Shown here: one piece after another, positions 16,330 to 26,123 of the stretch
How positions within the stretch are numbered: position 1 is the first letter of the stretch
Layout: each line of letters begins with the position of its first letter
Source of the DNA: a virus
DNA length: 64,000 bases
Reading direction: 5' to 3' (one strand)
IMG/VR virus record: IMGVR_UViG_3300019458_000006
Coordinates: 1-64,000 of that record
Notes under the pieces: model-generated
What the model was told of the DNA's origin: nothing
Database searches by the model: none
Seen by the model: the letters and a program-made list of their open reading frames with translations, nothing else
Program-made: the position numbers and the translations under genes

Positions 16330-16689
16330 ATGACCGGCGCACTATGCACGTATGGCTGTTATTTTGTCCGCCCGGTGACGCGCGAGCGGGCCGTGCTGGC
16401 CATCGCCGACGACTTTCGCCGCGGCTTGTGCGAGCACTTTTGGCGCGCCCACCAGCGGATCGTGGACTTTTGCAACGAGAACTTTCCAGCGTTATGGCAG
16501 GCTATGACCGAATGGACGGGGAAAGCCTGCCACGTTCGCCGCCGGCTATCGTCGTCGGAACAACCGCTGGTGGGTGACGTATGCGATCTTCGCGGGACCG
16601 ACGAGGGACGGCGGAGATTCTCCAGGGTGAAGCCGTTTCTGCCGGTAGCAGCGGTGCGACTGGCCTACGAGGAATTGGAAGGACGATGA
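16330..16689 (+). CDS. hypothetical protein
   Basis: 119-aa ORF. Its TGA overlaps the ATG of the methyltransferase gene (ATGA). Confidence 0.55.
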   Translation: MTGALCTYGCYFVRPVTRERAVLAIADDFRRGLCEHFWRAHQRIVDFCNENFPALWQAMTEWTGKACHVRRRLSSSEQPLVGDVCDLRGTDEGRRRFSRVKPFLPVAAVRLAYEELEGR

Positions 16690-17489
16690 TGGCGACCGGC
16701 GGACCGCTGAAGTGGCATGGCGGAAAAAGTTATCTCGCGCCGAAAATTCGCGCGCTGCTGCCCAGGCATACGCGCTACTGTGAGACACACTTCGGCGGCG
16801 GGGCGGTGCTGTTGGCCGGAGACGGCGTGGGGGTGGCTGAGTTTGCTAACGACGTAGATGGTCGATTGATGAATTTTTGGTGGGTTCTTCAAAGTGAACA
16901 GCTGTGGCCGGAATTTTTCAGAAAATGCAACGCCGTTCCGGTTTCTGAGGGGGCGTTTGAATGGTCGCAGCTCGCGCAGAATAACGAAATTGACAGGGCT
17001 CTCGCGTTTTTCATCCAGAATCGTCAGTCCCGCCAAGCACTCGGTCGCGAATTCTGTACTCCCACCAGCCGCCTACGTCGCGGGATGAACGAGCAGGTCA
17101 GTGCCTGGCTCAGTGCCGTCGATGGACTGCCAGAGTTTCACGCCCGCTTGCGGCGCGTCGAGATTCGTTGCCTGGACGCGCGGGAGTTTATCACCGAGCT
17201 GGATTCGCCAGGGACGTGCTTCTACTGCGATCCACCGTACGTGCCTGAAACCAGAACGAGCACAGGCGAGTACGCGCACGAAATGACGCTAGATCAGCAC
17301 GCCGCGCTGCTGGAATGCTTAGCCGGCATCACCGGCAAGTTTCTGCTCAGCGGTTACCGTAATCCCCTGTACGACGATTGGGCCGCCAGGTGCCGCTGCT
17401 GGCGGAGGGTCGAGTTTGAAGTGCCTAATCAGGCCAGCAGTAAGCGGACCAAAGCAATAAAGACCGAATGCGTATGGATCAATTACTGA
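16686..17489 (+). CDS. N6-adenine DNA methyltransferase, D12 (Dam) class
   Basis: LKWHGGKSYLAPKI near the N-terminus and the catalytic FYCDPPY motif. I chose the start at the ATGATG overlapping the upstream stop. Confidence 0.85.
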   Translation: MMATGGPLKWHGGKSYLAPKIRALLPRHTRYCETHFGGGAVLLAGDGVGVAEFANDVDGRLMNFWWVLQSEQLWPEFFRKCNAVPVSEGAFEWSQLAQNNEIDRALAFFIQNRQSRQALGREFCTPTSRLRRGMNEQVSAWLSAVDGLPEFHARLRRVEIRCLDAREFITELDSPGTCFYCDPPYVPETRTSTGEYAHEMTLDQHAALLECLAGITGKFLLSGYRNPLYDDWAARCRCWRRVEFEVPNQASSKRTKAIKTECVWINY

Positions 17490-17701
17490 TGGAACCCTGC
17501 CCGGCTTGTGAAGGCTCGTGTTACTTCGTGTGCCCGTGGTGCAACGGCCAGGGCAGTCGCTTCCCGCTCGACGGCGTATTGCTTACCTGTCACGCCTGTA
17601 AAGGCACAGGTCAGGAGCGCTGCCGGGAGTGTAATGGGGTAGGTGGGCTGCTAGCCACCCCAGCCGCCGTAGCGACGCCCCCTACCGATCCACAGGAGTA
17701 A
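17468..17701 (+). CDS. DnaJ-type (CxxCxGxG) zinc-finger protein
   Basis: CPACEGSC, CPWCNGQG, CHACKGTG and CRECNGVG repeats. Confidence 0.7.
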   Translation: MRMDQLLMEPCPACEGSCYFVCPWCNGQGSRFPLDGVLLTCHACKGTGQERCRECNGVGGLLATPAAVATPPTDPQE

Positions 17702-19279
17702 GTCCTCGATCTGCTTCCTGGTTGGTAGCGTCATTCCGGTCCTGGTCTGAGGAGCCGCGGCTGGAGATGGCGGCCCAGCGAGGCCTGGAGCCGGCGGCGG
17801 TGGAGTGGCTGGAGGACCTGCGGCAGCCGGCTGCTGGCCACCGCCAAACAGCCGATTCAGCCACCCTGTCTGCGGACCAGACATATCGGCAGTGATGGCG
17901 TCAATTGTCTTTTGGTCCACAATCCCATTGCGGCGGAGAGCGGCTCCACGCTGGTCAGCAGGCAGGCGGGCGATGTCCTGCCAAGTCTGGGCGTCGATCT
18001 TCCCCTGCCCGGATGGAGGAACTGTGAAGTTTGGGGCGGCAGTGACACCGCTGTCGATGTTGGCGATTTCGATACGGTTCCGCCGGTCCTCGGCCGCGTT
18101 CGCGGCAAAGGCATTGGCCCTGGCCTCCTCTGCTAACCGGGCCTGGCGGGCTACTGGGGCGGCGGCATCCAGTTTTTGCTCGAATGTCAAGCCCTTCCGC
18201 TGCTCCAGGCGATCGGTGCGGTTGGAAGCTTTTAACTTCTCGCGGGCGAATCGTTGTTGATTGCGTTCCTCTAGGGATGCGGCCCGGCCAGCCAGATAAT
18301 CCCGACGGGCCTGGGGATCCGGCTGAGGTGATGTCGGTGCGGGGGCCTGGGCCACACCACCAGTCGGGCCCAGGCTCCTGGCTCGGATCTTGCCGTCCGG
18401 CCCCTCCACATATCGATCCATAACACCAGAGGGACGAAGCCCAAAGTTGTATTCGGGCGGGGGCGGGGATGGGCGGTAGCCTGTCCCTCGGTTGTTGAGG
18501 TCAGCAAGGATTGCCTCGCGGCCATTGTTCCTTCGCGCGATGTCCTGTGCGCGGGCTACGTCTTGATCGTAAGTCCCTTGTCCGGGGACGTTAGGCACGG
18601 GCTGGCCGAAGCGGCCGCCGACTGTCTTATTCGGGAAAAAAGCTTCTGGAAATTGCCGGTAATTCACGGCAGCCTCCTCATTGGTCATAAGTCCCAGAGC
18701 GGGCCTTGTGAACCCGCTGGGGGCCGAGATGGGATTACCGCCAGCCAGCAGCTGCTGGGACAGTGGCCCCAGCGGCTGCGACGGCGGACGAGGGTTAAGA
18801 GTATTCTTTTGGATCGCCCCGGCGGTTGGGCGGAATAAGCTAAAGGCGTCCTGGGGGGCTGCTGGGCCACGTATTTTCGCTGGGTCTTGCAGTGCCCCCT
18901 GCTGCTCAAAGAAGTCCCCCTGGTCGAACCCTGCCCCCACATAGGGGCCAACCGGCTGGTAGCCGGTAAGCGGACGCTCGTATTGGTTGGGTGGACCAAA
19001 GGGGGACGGATCATAGGGTTTTCTTCCGGTTGCTATTAGCGGGAGCGGCGGTGTGGGCAGCGGCGCGGCGCGGGGCGGATCGAAGAGATTGCCTTGGTGC
19101 GAGAAGTAATTTTGGTCGGTATTCGAGGCCCCCGCATAGGGGCCAGGCGGCCTCTGGGGCAACACGGCAGCCGGCTCTGCGGCGGGGTTGGTTGGAATCT
19201 GATGAGCAAGCAGCTTCCGTCGCTTGCTGCGCTCTAAACCGGCAGCTTGGTGCGGCATTTGTGGTTCCTTCCACGACAA
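17651..19279 (-). CDS. 542-aa Pro/Gly/Gln-rich, largely low-complexity protein (hypothetical, possibly virion-internal)
   Basis: Long ORF with a central charged coiled-coil-like stretch (ERNQQRFAREKLKASNRTDRLEQRK) and PPxP-rich ends. Confidence 0.55.
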   Translation of the reverse strand: MSWKEPQMPHQAAGLERSKRRKLLAHQIPTNPAAEPAAVLPQRPPGPYAGASNTDQNYFSHQGNLFDPPRAAPLPTPPLPLIATGRKPYDPSPFGPPNQYERPLTGYQPVGPYVGAGFDQGDFFEQQGALQDPAKIRGPAAPQDAFSLFRPTAGAIQKNTLNPRPPSQPLGPLSQQLLAGGNPISAPSGFTRPALGLMTNEEAAVNYRQFPEAFFPNKTVGGRFGQPVPNVPGQGTYDQDVARAQDIARRNNGREAILADLNNRGTGYRPSPPPPEYNFGLRPSGVMDRYVEGPDGKIRARSLGPTGGVAQAPAPTSPQPDPQARRDYLAGRAASLEERNQQRFAREKLKASNRTDRLEQRKGLTFEQKLDAAAPVARQARLAEEARANAFAANAAEDRRNRIEIANIDSGVTAAPNFTVPPSGQGKIDAQTWQDIARLPADQRGAALRRNGIVDQKTIDAITADMSGPQTGWLNRLFGGGQQPAAAGPPATPPPPAPGLAGPPSPAAAPQTRTGMTLPTRKQIEDLLLWIGRGRRYGGWGG

Positions 19280-19443
19280 CCTGGCAGTTTCTACAGCTGA
19301 ACTGCCGTCTACTTGATTCTAGCAAATCATAGGGCAGAATACCGTCTCAGGGAGTGGTAACAAGCTAGTGAACCGGCTTAGTCCATGAAATGCAAGGAGG
19401 TGTCAAAGTTCGTCACTTTAGAGGTTTTTCAAGGAGCTGGGGG

Positions 19444-19686
19444 ATGTTAGTTCTTTCTCGTAAGATAAGCGAGCGCATTCTTGTTGGAGAGGGAGTGGTC
19501 GTCGAGGTGCTGGAAATCACCGGCAACAAGGTGAAGCTAGGGATTACGGCCCCAAATTACGTCACGATCATGAGGGAGGAGCTGCTCCCGCCTTTGGCCG
19601 AAGAGAGTCAGCGGGAGCGGGGCGCGGCCTGCACGCTGCCGTCCCAGGCCAGGCCACTCAAAAGCCGAGCGACACACTACGCTTAG
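19444..19686 (+). CDS. csrA: CsrA/RsmA-family RNA-binding translational regulator
   Basis: MLVLSRKISERILVGEGVVVEVLEITGNKVKLGITAPNYVTIMREEL aligns over the whole CsrA fold (MLxLxRKxGE..I...I.I.V.......V.LGI.AP....I.REE). An AAGGAG lies 8 nt upstream of the ATG. Confidence 0.85.
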   Translation: MLVLSRKISERILVGEGVVVEVLEITGNKVKLGITAPNYVTIMREELLPPLAEESQRERGAACTLPSQARPLKSRATHYA

Positions 19687-19729
19687 AAGCGAACCCCCTC
19701 CTCTCGGCCGGCCTCATTGAGGAGATTGG

Positions 19730-20188
19730 TTACACACCTTTCCGGCCGGGAGGGGGATTTTTGTTTTCCGACCGCTCAATCGCCAAATCCAGCAGCCCCT
19801 CCAGCGAGAGCGGTAAAGAGTTTGCCATTGTGGCGACAGTGGCGATGACCTTGCTCAGAATACTCAGCTCGCCATACGCTCGACGAAGGTGATCCAGAAA
19901 GCACGCCTTGTGCCAGCGCACACCGGCCGGGCCAATCCGATTCATTTCCTGTGCCACCTGCGCACAGGAGCACGATTCGGTCTGGTGGACTCCATAAAGC
20001 TTGATGAGCTTTGTAAGTTCCGTGCCAACACCCTGACTCAAGATGTAGATGGGAAGCTCGCGGGCTCGGCAATTGATGTGGTACTTCTCCGGCGGGCTGT
20101 CTGATCGGTACACCTTGCGGCAGATTTTGCACCGCAGCCGCCGCCGCCCGCGAGAGTCTGCCTCGATTCGTTCAATAATGCAGTCCAT
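19730..20188 (-). CDS. hypothetical Cys-rich protein
   Basis: 152-aa ORF with CKIC and CSC motifs. Confidence 0.55.
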   Translation of the reverse strand: MDCIIERIEADSRGRRRLRCKICRKVYRSDSPPEKYHINCRARELPIYILSQGVGTELTKLIKLYGVHQTESCSCAQVAQEMNRIGPAGVRWHKACFLDHLRRAYGELSILSKVIATVATMANSLPLSLEGLLDLAIERSENKNPPPGRKGV

Positions 20189-20194
20189 CGCTTG

Positions 20195-20767
20195 CTACAC
20201 AGCCGTAAAAGACCACACCACGTTGGTAAAAGAACAGCCGAGGCCAATGTTGCTCGGACCTACGTCAACAGACTCGTCCAGGTTGAGGCAGTCGACGTTG
20301 CTGTTGACTGGAAGCTCTTTTATAATTTGCCAGATATTGTTGCCGTTCCCTCGGCGAAAGGTGCCTCTAAGAATGGGACGGAAGCCAAATTCAAGCTCTA
20401 TTTGGAAGGTTAAGCAGGTAACGTCGAGGATGTTGCCGCCAGGACCAGTGTTGTTTGTACACAGGCCAGGATTGATTACTTTTTCCCAGCCGCAATCCCC
20501 GACTGACGGGCATGTAGGCTGACCGTCGGAGTATGCAACGATGTGTGCGCCAAGATACCTTTCGCACTCTGCTTGTCCGCAGTTGCCGGAAGCAAAATCG
20601 CCAGAAATCGTAATCTGGTAAAAGCGGCGTGCCACATTGGATGGGCACGCGACTGAGCAATACAGTGGAATGGTCACGGTGTCGCTCACGCAGCAGCAGC
20701 CTGTGCCACCCGCTAATCCGCTGCCAGCCCGCAACAGGCCGCTGCCGTGTTTCCTGAAAAGTGCCAT
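20195..20767 (-). CDS. Cys-rich hypothetical structural protein
   Basis: 190 aa with many Cys residues (GCCCVS, CSVAC, CGQAEC, CPSVGDC), in the tail-gene run. Confidence 0.55.
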   Translation of the reverse strand: MALFRKHGSGLLRAGSGLAGGTGCCCVSDTVTIPLYCSVACPSNVARRFYQITISGDFASGNCGQAECERYLGAHIVAYSDGQPTCPSVGDCGWEKVINPGLCTNNTGPGGNILDVTCLTFQIELEFGFRPILRGTFRRGNGNNIWQIIKELPVNSNVDCLNLDESVDVGPSNIGLGCSFTNVVWSFTAV

Positions 20768-20771
20768 CTAT

Positions 20772-21530
20772 CTATTCCTCGCACTCATCGACTGCAATCT
20801 TACCTGTCGTGGACGAGCTACTGGTCGTCTCCAGCTGGGCCGTGATGATATCGGCTTCGACAGCCGTAGCGCCGCTATTGAGTCCGAAGTCCTGAATCAC
20901 CGCGGTTTCGGTCTTCTCGACAGCTGTGATGTACAGCACATTGCCATTAAAGGCGTAGTGTACAAGCTTTCCATCAGCCACCTTCGACAAATCGCTGGTC
21001 ACTGTGTCCGTAATGAGTGGGCTAGTGAGGGTGCTGGTGCCCGGCTGGTATCGCTTGACGCTGCCAGTGCTGCCCTTATTGATCTCTCCGTCAACGACGC
21101 CGCGAAAGAAGGCGGACGGCGTCTCCCCTTGCTGGGCCAGGATGACCGTATTTCCGCCAGAGGTGGCGGTGGTTGTCCCGATAATCGTGAAACCCGACCC
21201 GCTGGATGAAACATGCCACTGGCCGTTGACTGGCCCGCAGGTGCTGCCCAGGGTTGGGGTGCCGGTAACCATTACCGCCCCGCCCTCGCCAAGAAACGTG
21301 GCAACGCCCTCGGAGGTACTGGCGGCGGCGATTGAAAACGGTCCGTTTACTAAGTGCCGCTTGGATAGATTAGCCGTGCTTGGCTTAGCGACAGTGATGA
21401 TGGCTGAGCCGCTGGAGAGGCTCCCTTCACTGATCCGCATCACGGCATGAGGCGGAATAGCCTCACCCGATCCGTTCTGCACTCGCAGCCAGTTCTGGTT
21501 GAAGAACGAGGCTCTTAAATCGGGAGTCAT
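20772..21530 (-). CDS. tail/fibre-associated hypothetical protein
   Basis: 252 aa, Gly/Ser/Thr-rich, overlaps the upstream gene by 4 nt. Confidence 0.55.
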   Translation of the reverse strand: MTPDLRASFFNQNWLRVQNGSGEAIPPHAVMRISEGSLSSGSAIITVAKPSTANLSKRHLVNGPFSIAAASTSEGVATFLGEGGAVMVTGTPTLGSTCGPVNGQWHVSSSGSGFTIIGTTTATSGGNTVILAQQGETPSAFFRGVVDGEINKGSTGSVKRYQPGTSTLTSPLITDTVTSDLSKVADGKLVHYAFNGNVLYITAVEKTETAVIQDFGLNSGATAVEADIITAQLETTSSSSTTGKIAVDECEE

Positions 21531-23071
21531 TGCGCCATCGCCTCCAGTTGGAGGTCGAACCTCCGCCGCTTCGCCGAGGCCGCCAGTGGGTTCAATTCCT
21601 CACCCTCACAAACCGTGGTTACCGGCGGAGCTACGACCGACCATTCCCAGGTGAATTGGGCCAAGTTCCCGTCGGGGGAGCCGGGCACGAGGCCGGGGTA
21701 AGTGATCTCGCTGGCCCAGGGAGAGGCGTATTTCTGCTGGAAGAGGGAGGCATAGGTGGAGAGTTCCTGAAATGTCTCAGCCTGCGTGTTGGTCGAGAAA
21801 TTGAAGTCGTAATTCGGGAACAGCTCCGGCCTATTCAGGATCAGCTGGCCGCCGCTCCCACCGACCGCAGCGTCCCAGTACAGTCCGACATATTGGCCGG
21901 TGGAGTCCGTCAGGGTGTAGCTGGTGTTCAGGTAGAGAGTCGGCTCTGTGAAGGCTCCGCTCGTGGAGAGCTTAAAGAGAGGCACGTCGAACAGGACGCT
22001 TCTGCGCTCCGGCAAAATCTTAAACGTTGCCAGGTACACGACATTACTGCCGGTTGTCGCGGTTGTCGTATATCCCCAGGCCTCGCCCACATAGACATAT
22101 CCGGGTGTGTTCCGCTTAAATCCAGACAAGTCCGTTTCTTGTTCCAGAGAGAAGTCGTTGAGGTGGTATTGGTCCATGGAGGTGATGGGGATCGGGATGC
22201 CGGGGACCTGGGGATCACCATTCGACTGACCCACCACCTGATACAGCCGCCAAACGTCCGAGAAGGCTAAATGCCTGGCTATTAGGGGCACTCCGGGGAA
22301 AGAGAAGATGGACTCGTTCCCCCAGCCCGCCGAGGGTTTGAAATTCACGCTATCGACCAGACTGACCTGCCCGGTTCCGTAGTTTCTAGCCACCGCCCGC
22401 AGGCGGAGCGCGCTTTGGAAGATGGCCCTGCCGCCCAGGACGCGAATACTGGCCGGAACACTGCTCCGAGGAGAGAAGTAAAACTTCGGCAGGATCTCGC
22501 CCACTCCCGTGGGGGTAGTTGATCCAACTCCCAGACGAACAATGGCTACGGTGTTGGTCAGGGGATTCAGCACCACCTCACAGGCCACATAATCGCACAG
22601 CTTCTGGAGGGCCAGATCAGCCCGTGCATTCTGCCATTCAGCAGGCGGGAAGACGCCTGTGGGCATCTGGCTGACGTCGTAAGCCCCCTCCCCTAAGGCG
22701 GCCAAGATCAAGCCAGCCAGCTCTCCCGGCGTCTTCCTGGTAGCGTCGTCCACCAGTCCAGCTGCCGTCCGGCGGTTCCATGATCCGCTCACTGTCTTTC
22801 CTGCCCACCGCCACCTGCGGTCCTTGAGGTAGACCGTCATGAGCGGGTGCCGTCCGTCCTGCCGGCGGCGAAGATGGGCCGAGGCCACGGCCATGTCCGG
22901 GATAGCGATCGTTCCTCCGTTGTAGTTCAGGGCCAGCGGACCGGTGGGGTCGATCTGCTGGGGGACGCAGTAGATGCAGGCTACCGACGGAGTGACGCCC
23001 CGGCCGAACGGGAACCGCAGCGCCCTGATCCCCGTGATTCCACCATACGATACTGAGCTGTCTAGAGGCAT
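21527..23071 (-). CDS. tail/baseplate-like structural protein
   Basis: 514-aa ORF between fibre-like genes. The call is from position only. Confidence 0.5.
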   Translation of the reverse strand: MPLDSSVSYGGITGIRALRFPFGRGVTPSVACIYCVPQQIDPTGPLALNYNGGTIAIPDMAVASAHLRRRQDGRHPLMTVYLKDRRWRWAGKTVSGSWNRRTAAGLVDDATRKTPGELAGLILAALGEGAYDVSQMPTGVFPPAEWQNARADLALQKLCDYVACEVVLNPLTNTVAIVRLGVGSTTPTGVGEILPKFYFSPRSSVPASIRVLGGRAIFQSALRLRAVARNYGTGQVSLVDSVNFKPSAGWGNESIFSFPGVPLIARHLAFSDVWRLYQVVGQSNGDPQVPGIPIPITSMDQYHLNDFSLEQETDLSGFKRNTPGYVYVGEAWGYTTTATTGSNVVYLATFKILPERRSVLFDVPLFKLSTSGAFTEPTLYLNTSYTLTDSTGQYVGLYWDAAVGGSGGQLILNRPELFPNYDFNFSTNTQAETFQELSTYASLFQQKYASPWASEITYPGLVPGSPDGNLAQFTWEWSVVAPPVTTVCEGEELNPLAASAKRRRFDLQLEAMAQ

Positions 23072-23093
23072 CCGTGCCTACGAGCAAGAAATG

Positions 23094-24434
23094 TCATGAG
23101 AAAGTCAGGGTTTTTCCTGGCTGCGTGTCGATAAAAACGTCCGCCAGCTTGCAGTCCCTTAATTGCACACTAATATTCCCGGTGCGGCCTTGGGGATCAA
23201 TGAACCGGCTTCCGGACGACATCGTAACCGCGTTGGTGATGGCAAAACTGGCCGTGCCTTTTGTGCAGTCGAACTCCCCGCCATTCAGGTCGAGCGTGGT
23301 GACTGTAGCGGCCCCCATCGGCTGAAACCTGGCCCCTTTATTAACGGTGAGGCTGGTGATTGTCCCTGAGCGATGTTGCCAGACTCCGCCATTCGCTACG
23401 CCGGTAGCCAGGGCGCTGGAGGTATCCAGGGTTCCGCCGTTGATCGTGACTGTAGCGGAGTTGAACGTCACGCCTGCCCCACAGACGGTGCTGGCCTGAG
23501 AGTTAGGGCCGTCGCCCGTCACCAGAGTCGCCAGGGTGGCTGCTTCTCCAGGATAGAACGCCACCCCCACATCTCCGGCCAGGTTTCGCACAACATTGGC
23601 GTTATTGGCCCCAATAATGAGCACACAGGGAATGCCAGTTTCAACGCGAGTGCCCTTTCCGAAGATGTTGTAGGTCGAGGCGACTGTGCCGCCGTCCAGG
23701 TAGATCCGGCCGCTGCCGGGCCCCTCCCCAGTCTCCAGGTCGGCGTTCGTGAACCCATCCGCCGTCAGGTATCGCGGGGTGCGGTATTCGAAGTACGGCT
23801 TCGCCGTGTTGTCTTTGTTGTAGCGCGAGACGCCGATCTCGCCGCTATAGGTCTTTGTTTTCGTGAACTGGGCCACCAAAATCGACCCTAAGTCCAAGGC
23901 GTAGCGGCAATGGACATTTCCGGAGTCGAAGACAACCGTATCGCCATCGCCTGGCACCGCATTGGCATCCCAGTTGTCGGCCTGATTGGCGTGGTACTGG
24001 CTAGTGGCGGTCGTGAAGGTGCTTTCCGTAGCCGCTTCATCTCCCGTGACGGCTTCTGTGACTGTCAGGACGATTGGCTTTCCGGCTATCGTTCCCGTCC
24101 CGTTGGCCAGGAGATCCACTCGGCCAGCCGTGTCGTTCGTAGCCGTGAATTCACTGAACTGGGGAATCGCCTTCATGCCGCCGTCGGCGATCGTGAAGCC
24201 GGTGAGTGTGCAGGCTGTATCGGTGAGCGTGATCCCCTCCCAGGCCTGATAGATCGTGGTGGCTACCTGAGCATCGGTAAATAGTGACGAGGCCCCCAGT
24301 GTGATCGTGCAGCTGACGCTGGCAATCGTGAACGTGATCGCATCCGTAGAGACCCAGTCCCCGGTGCCGGTGCAGGTGATCCGGTCTTTTTGCCGGACAT
24401 TGGCTCCAGCTCCAATCCACTTGGCGGTTGCCAT
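23094..24434 (-). CDS. tail fibre/spike-like beta-rich protein
   Basis: 446 aa, Thr/Gly/Ala-rich repetitive beta-type sequence (TITLGASS, TVTEAVTGD, VTFNSATVTINGGTLD). Confidence 0.5.
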   Translation of the reverse strand: MATAKWIGAGANVRQKDRITCTGTGDWVSTDAITFTIASVSCTITLGASSLFTDAQVATTIYQAWEGITLTDTACTLTGFTIADGGMKAIPQFSEFTATNDTAGRVDLLANGTGTIAGKPIVLTVTEAVTGDEAATESTFTTATSQYHANQADNWDANAVPGDGDTVVFDSGNVHCRYALDLGSILVAQFTKTKTYSGEIGVSRYNKDNTAKPYFEYRTPRYLTADGFTNADLETGEGPGSGRIYLDGGTVASTYNIFGKGTRVETGIPCVLIIGANNANVVRNLAGDVGVAFYPGEAATLATLVTGDGPNSQASTVCGAGVTFNSATVTINGGTLDTSSALATGVANGGVWQHRSGTITSLTVNKGARFQPMGAATVTTLDLNGGEFDCTKGTASFAITNAVTMSSGSRFIDPQGRTGNISVQLRDCKLADVFIDTQPGKTLTFS

Positions 24435-24500
24435 TTCACACCATCCTTGGCGTTATTAAGTGTTTGCAAAATCGTTAGTATTACGATATAGTTCCTGATT

Positions 24501-25412
24501 ATGGCAAGAACTGGACGGCCGCGGCAAAGTAAGGAGTCGAGTACCTATTTTACACTAATAGGCACTCGTTTTAATTCACTCACCATACTTGACCTTGTCA
24601 GGTCGGAAAAAAGAGGGTGGGGAGGCTTTGTGCTGCTCTGTCGCTGTGACTGCGGAGAGGTGCTTGAGCGGAGGCCACTGGACGTTGTCACTGGAGCCGT
24701 TGGAAGGTGCGGGTCGTGCGGCATTGAGGTCAGGGGCACTAATATCAGGAACTCAAAGAGGAAGTGGCAGGATGACAGGCTGTCTGGGTTAACGGGTAAG
24801 AAGTTCGGCTGCCTGACTGTTATTGGTCACGGCGGCTGGGGTGGAAAGCATCGCTCTCTAAAGCTACTCTGCCGATGCGACTGCGGGAAAGAGCACTCGG
24901 CGTCGTGGGGAAATATTCGGGCAGGGGTGACCAAGAGGTGTCCGGCCTGCTACGAACTGAACAGGAGGAAGAGAGGCACAAAGCATGGAATGTCCTGGAC
25001 GAGGGAGTGGAGGATATGGACCCACATGAAGGGACGGTGCGGCAACCCAAAGGGGAGACACTATGCTTACTATGGTGGACGAGGAATAGGATTCTGCCTC
25101 AGGTGGGAGGAATTTACGAATTTCCTCCACGATATGGGGCCTGCCCCAACAGCCTCTCACACGCTTGATCGCATTGACAGCAATGGGAACTACGAACCAA
25201 GCAACTGCCGCTGGGCCACCCGCAAAGAGCAGCAGCGTAATTTACGCAACACAAAGAGAGCGACGTTCCGCGGGACGGTTGCCAGTGCAGCAGACATATC
25301 TGACGCCTTGCACATCAGCCGAAGATTCGCAAATGAATGCCTGAGGATGGGATTCACCGGGGATCAGGTCGAAGTTTTCATGTCTCAGCCGAGGCTACTG
25401 AGAGAAGGGTAG
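24501..25412 (+). CDS. free-standing HNH homing-endonuclease-like protein
   Basis: YGGRGIGFCLRWEEFTNFLHDMGP and HTLDRIDSNGNYEPSNCRWATRKEQQRN (HNH_3-type), plus two CRCDCG Zn modules. It lies on the opposite strand to the surrounding late genes. Confidence 0.75.
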   Translation: MARTGRPRQSKESSTYFTLIGTRFNSLTILDLVRSEKRGWGGFVLLCRCDCGEVLERRPLDVVTGAVGRCGSCGIEVRGTNIRNSKRKWQDDRLSGLTGKKFGCLTVIGHGGWGGKHRSLKLLCRCDCGKEHSASWGNIRAGVTKRCPACYELNRRKRGTKHGMSWTREWRIWTHMKGRCGNPKGRHYAYYGGRGIGFCLRWEEFTNFLHDMGPAPTASHTLDRIDSNGNYEPSNCRWATRKEQQRNLRNTKRATFRGTVASAADISDALHISRRFANECLRMGFTGDQVEVFMSQPRLLREG

Positions 25413-26123
25413 GAACTCCGCGGGGCCAAAGGAAGCAAAATCTCTATACATTACATAGGACCACTTGATCGGAAAAAACCGCAGCCCGTTGCCTAGTTGT
25501 TGGGCGCTCATGCGGGTAATCCTACGTGCCGCCCGCATCTCGCCGGCTGGATTCACAGGACCAGGAGGCGTTGGATACGCCGAGTACCCCACGGCCATTC
25601 CCCGTTGATTGTAGGCGACGACGGTATTATTGGCCGTAACGATCCCCACCGGGACCGTCAACGCGCTCTCTAAGATAAAGAACCTGGGGCCGCCATCGCC
25701 AACCGTCTCCACGCTCTCCTGCCAGGAGACGAGGTCATCGTCCACGGCGTCATAGACGGCCTGGACGGTGAATGAGAACGAGCGCCGGTTGGCCAGTTCC
25801 GTGCCATCCCCTTTCGGGAAGGACTTCTGCACGATCCTGGTCCCGCTGAGGCAGCTGGAGTCGTTCAGCATCGCGTGGGCAATCGAGCCAGCTACGGTGT
25901 AACGAAAGTCCTGATTATTGACCGACAGGGCGGCGTCGTAGGCGTTGGCTTGGGCGACGATCAAGGCCACGTTGGCGGCCTGGATCTCGCCAAAGCACTG
26001 CATCGAGACGATGTTCTGAAGGCGGCGGTTCCGTTGGCTGAACCGACTGGTCGTGTTGACGTTGACCAGATTCACTTCATTGTCGGCGAACGACGTGCTG
26101 CCCCAAGTTGCCACTGAAGCCAT
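25395..26123 (-). CDS. hypothetical structural protein
   Basis: 242-aa ORF in the late operon. Confidence 0.55.
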   Translation of the reverse strand: MASVATWGSTSFADNEVNLVNVNTTSRFSQRNRRLQNIVSMQCFGEIQAANVALIVAQANAYDAALSVNNQDFRYTVAGSIAHAMLNDSSCLSGTRIVQKSFPKGDGTELANRRSFSFTVQAVYDAVDDDLVSWQESVETVGDGGPRFFILESALTVPVGIVTANNTVVAYNQRGMAVGYSAYPTPPGPVNPAGEMRAARRITRMSAQQLGNGLRFFPIKWSYVMYRDFASFGPAEFLPFSQ

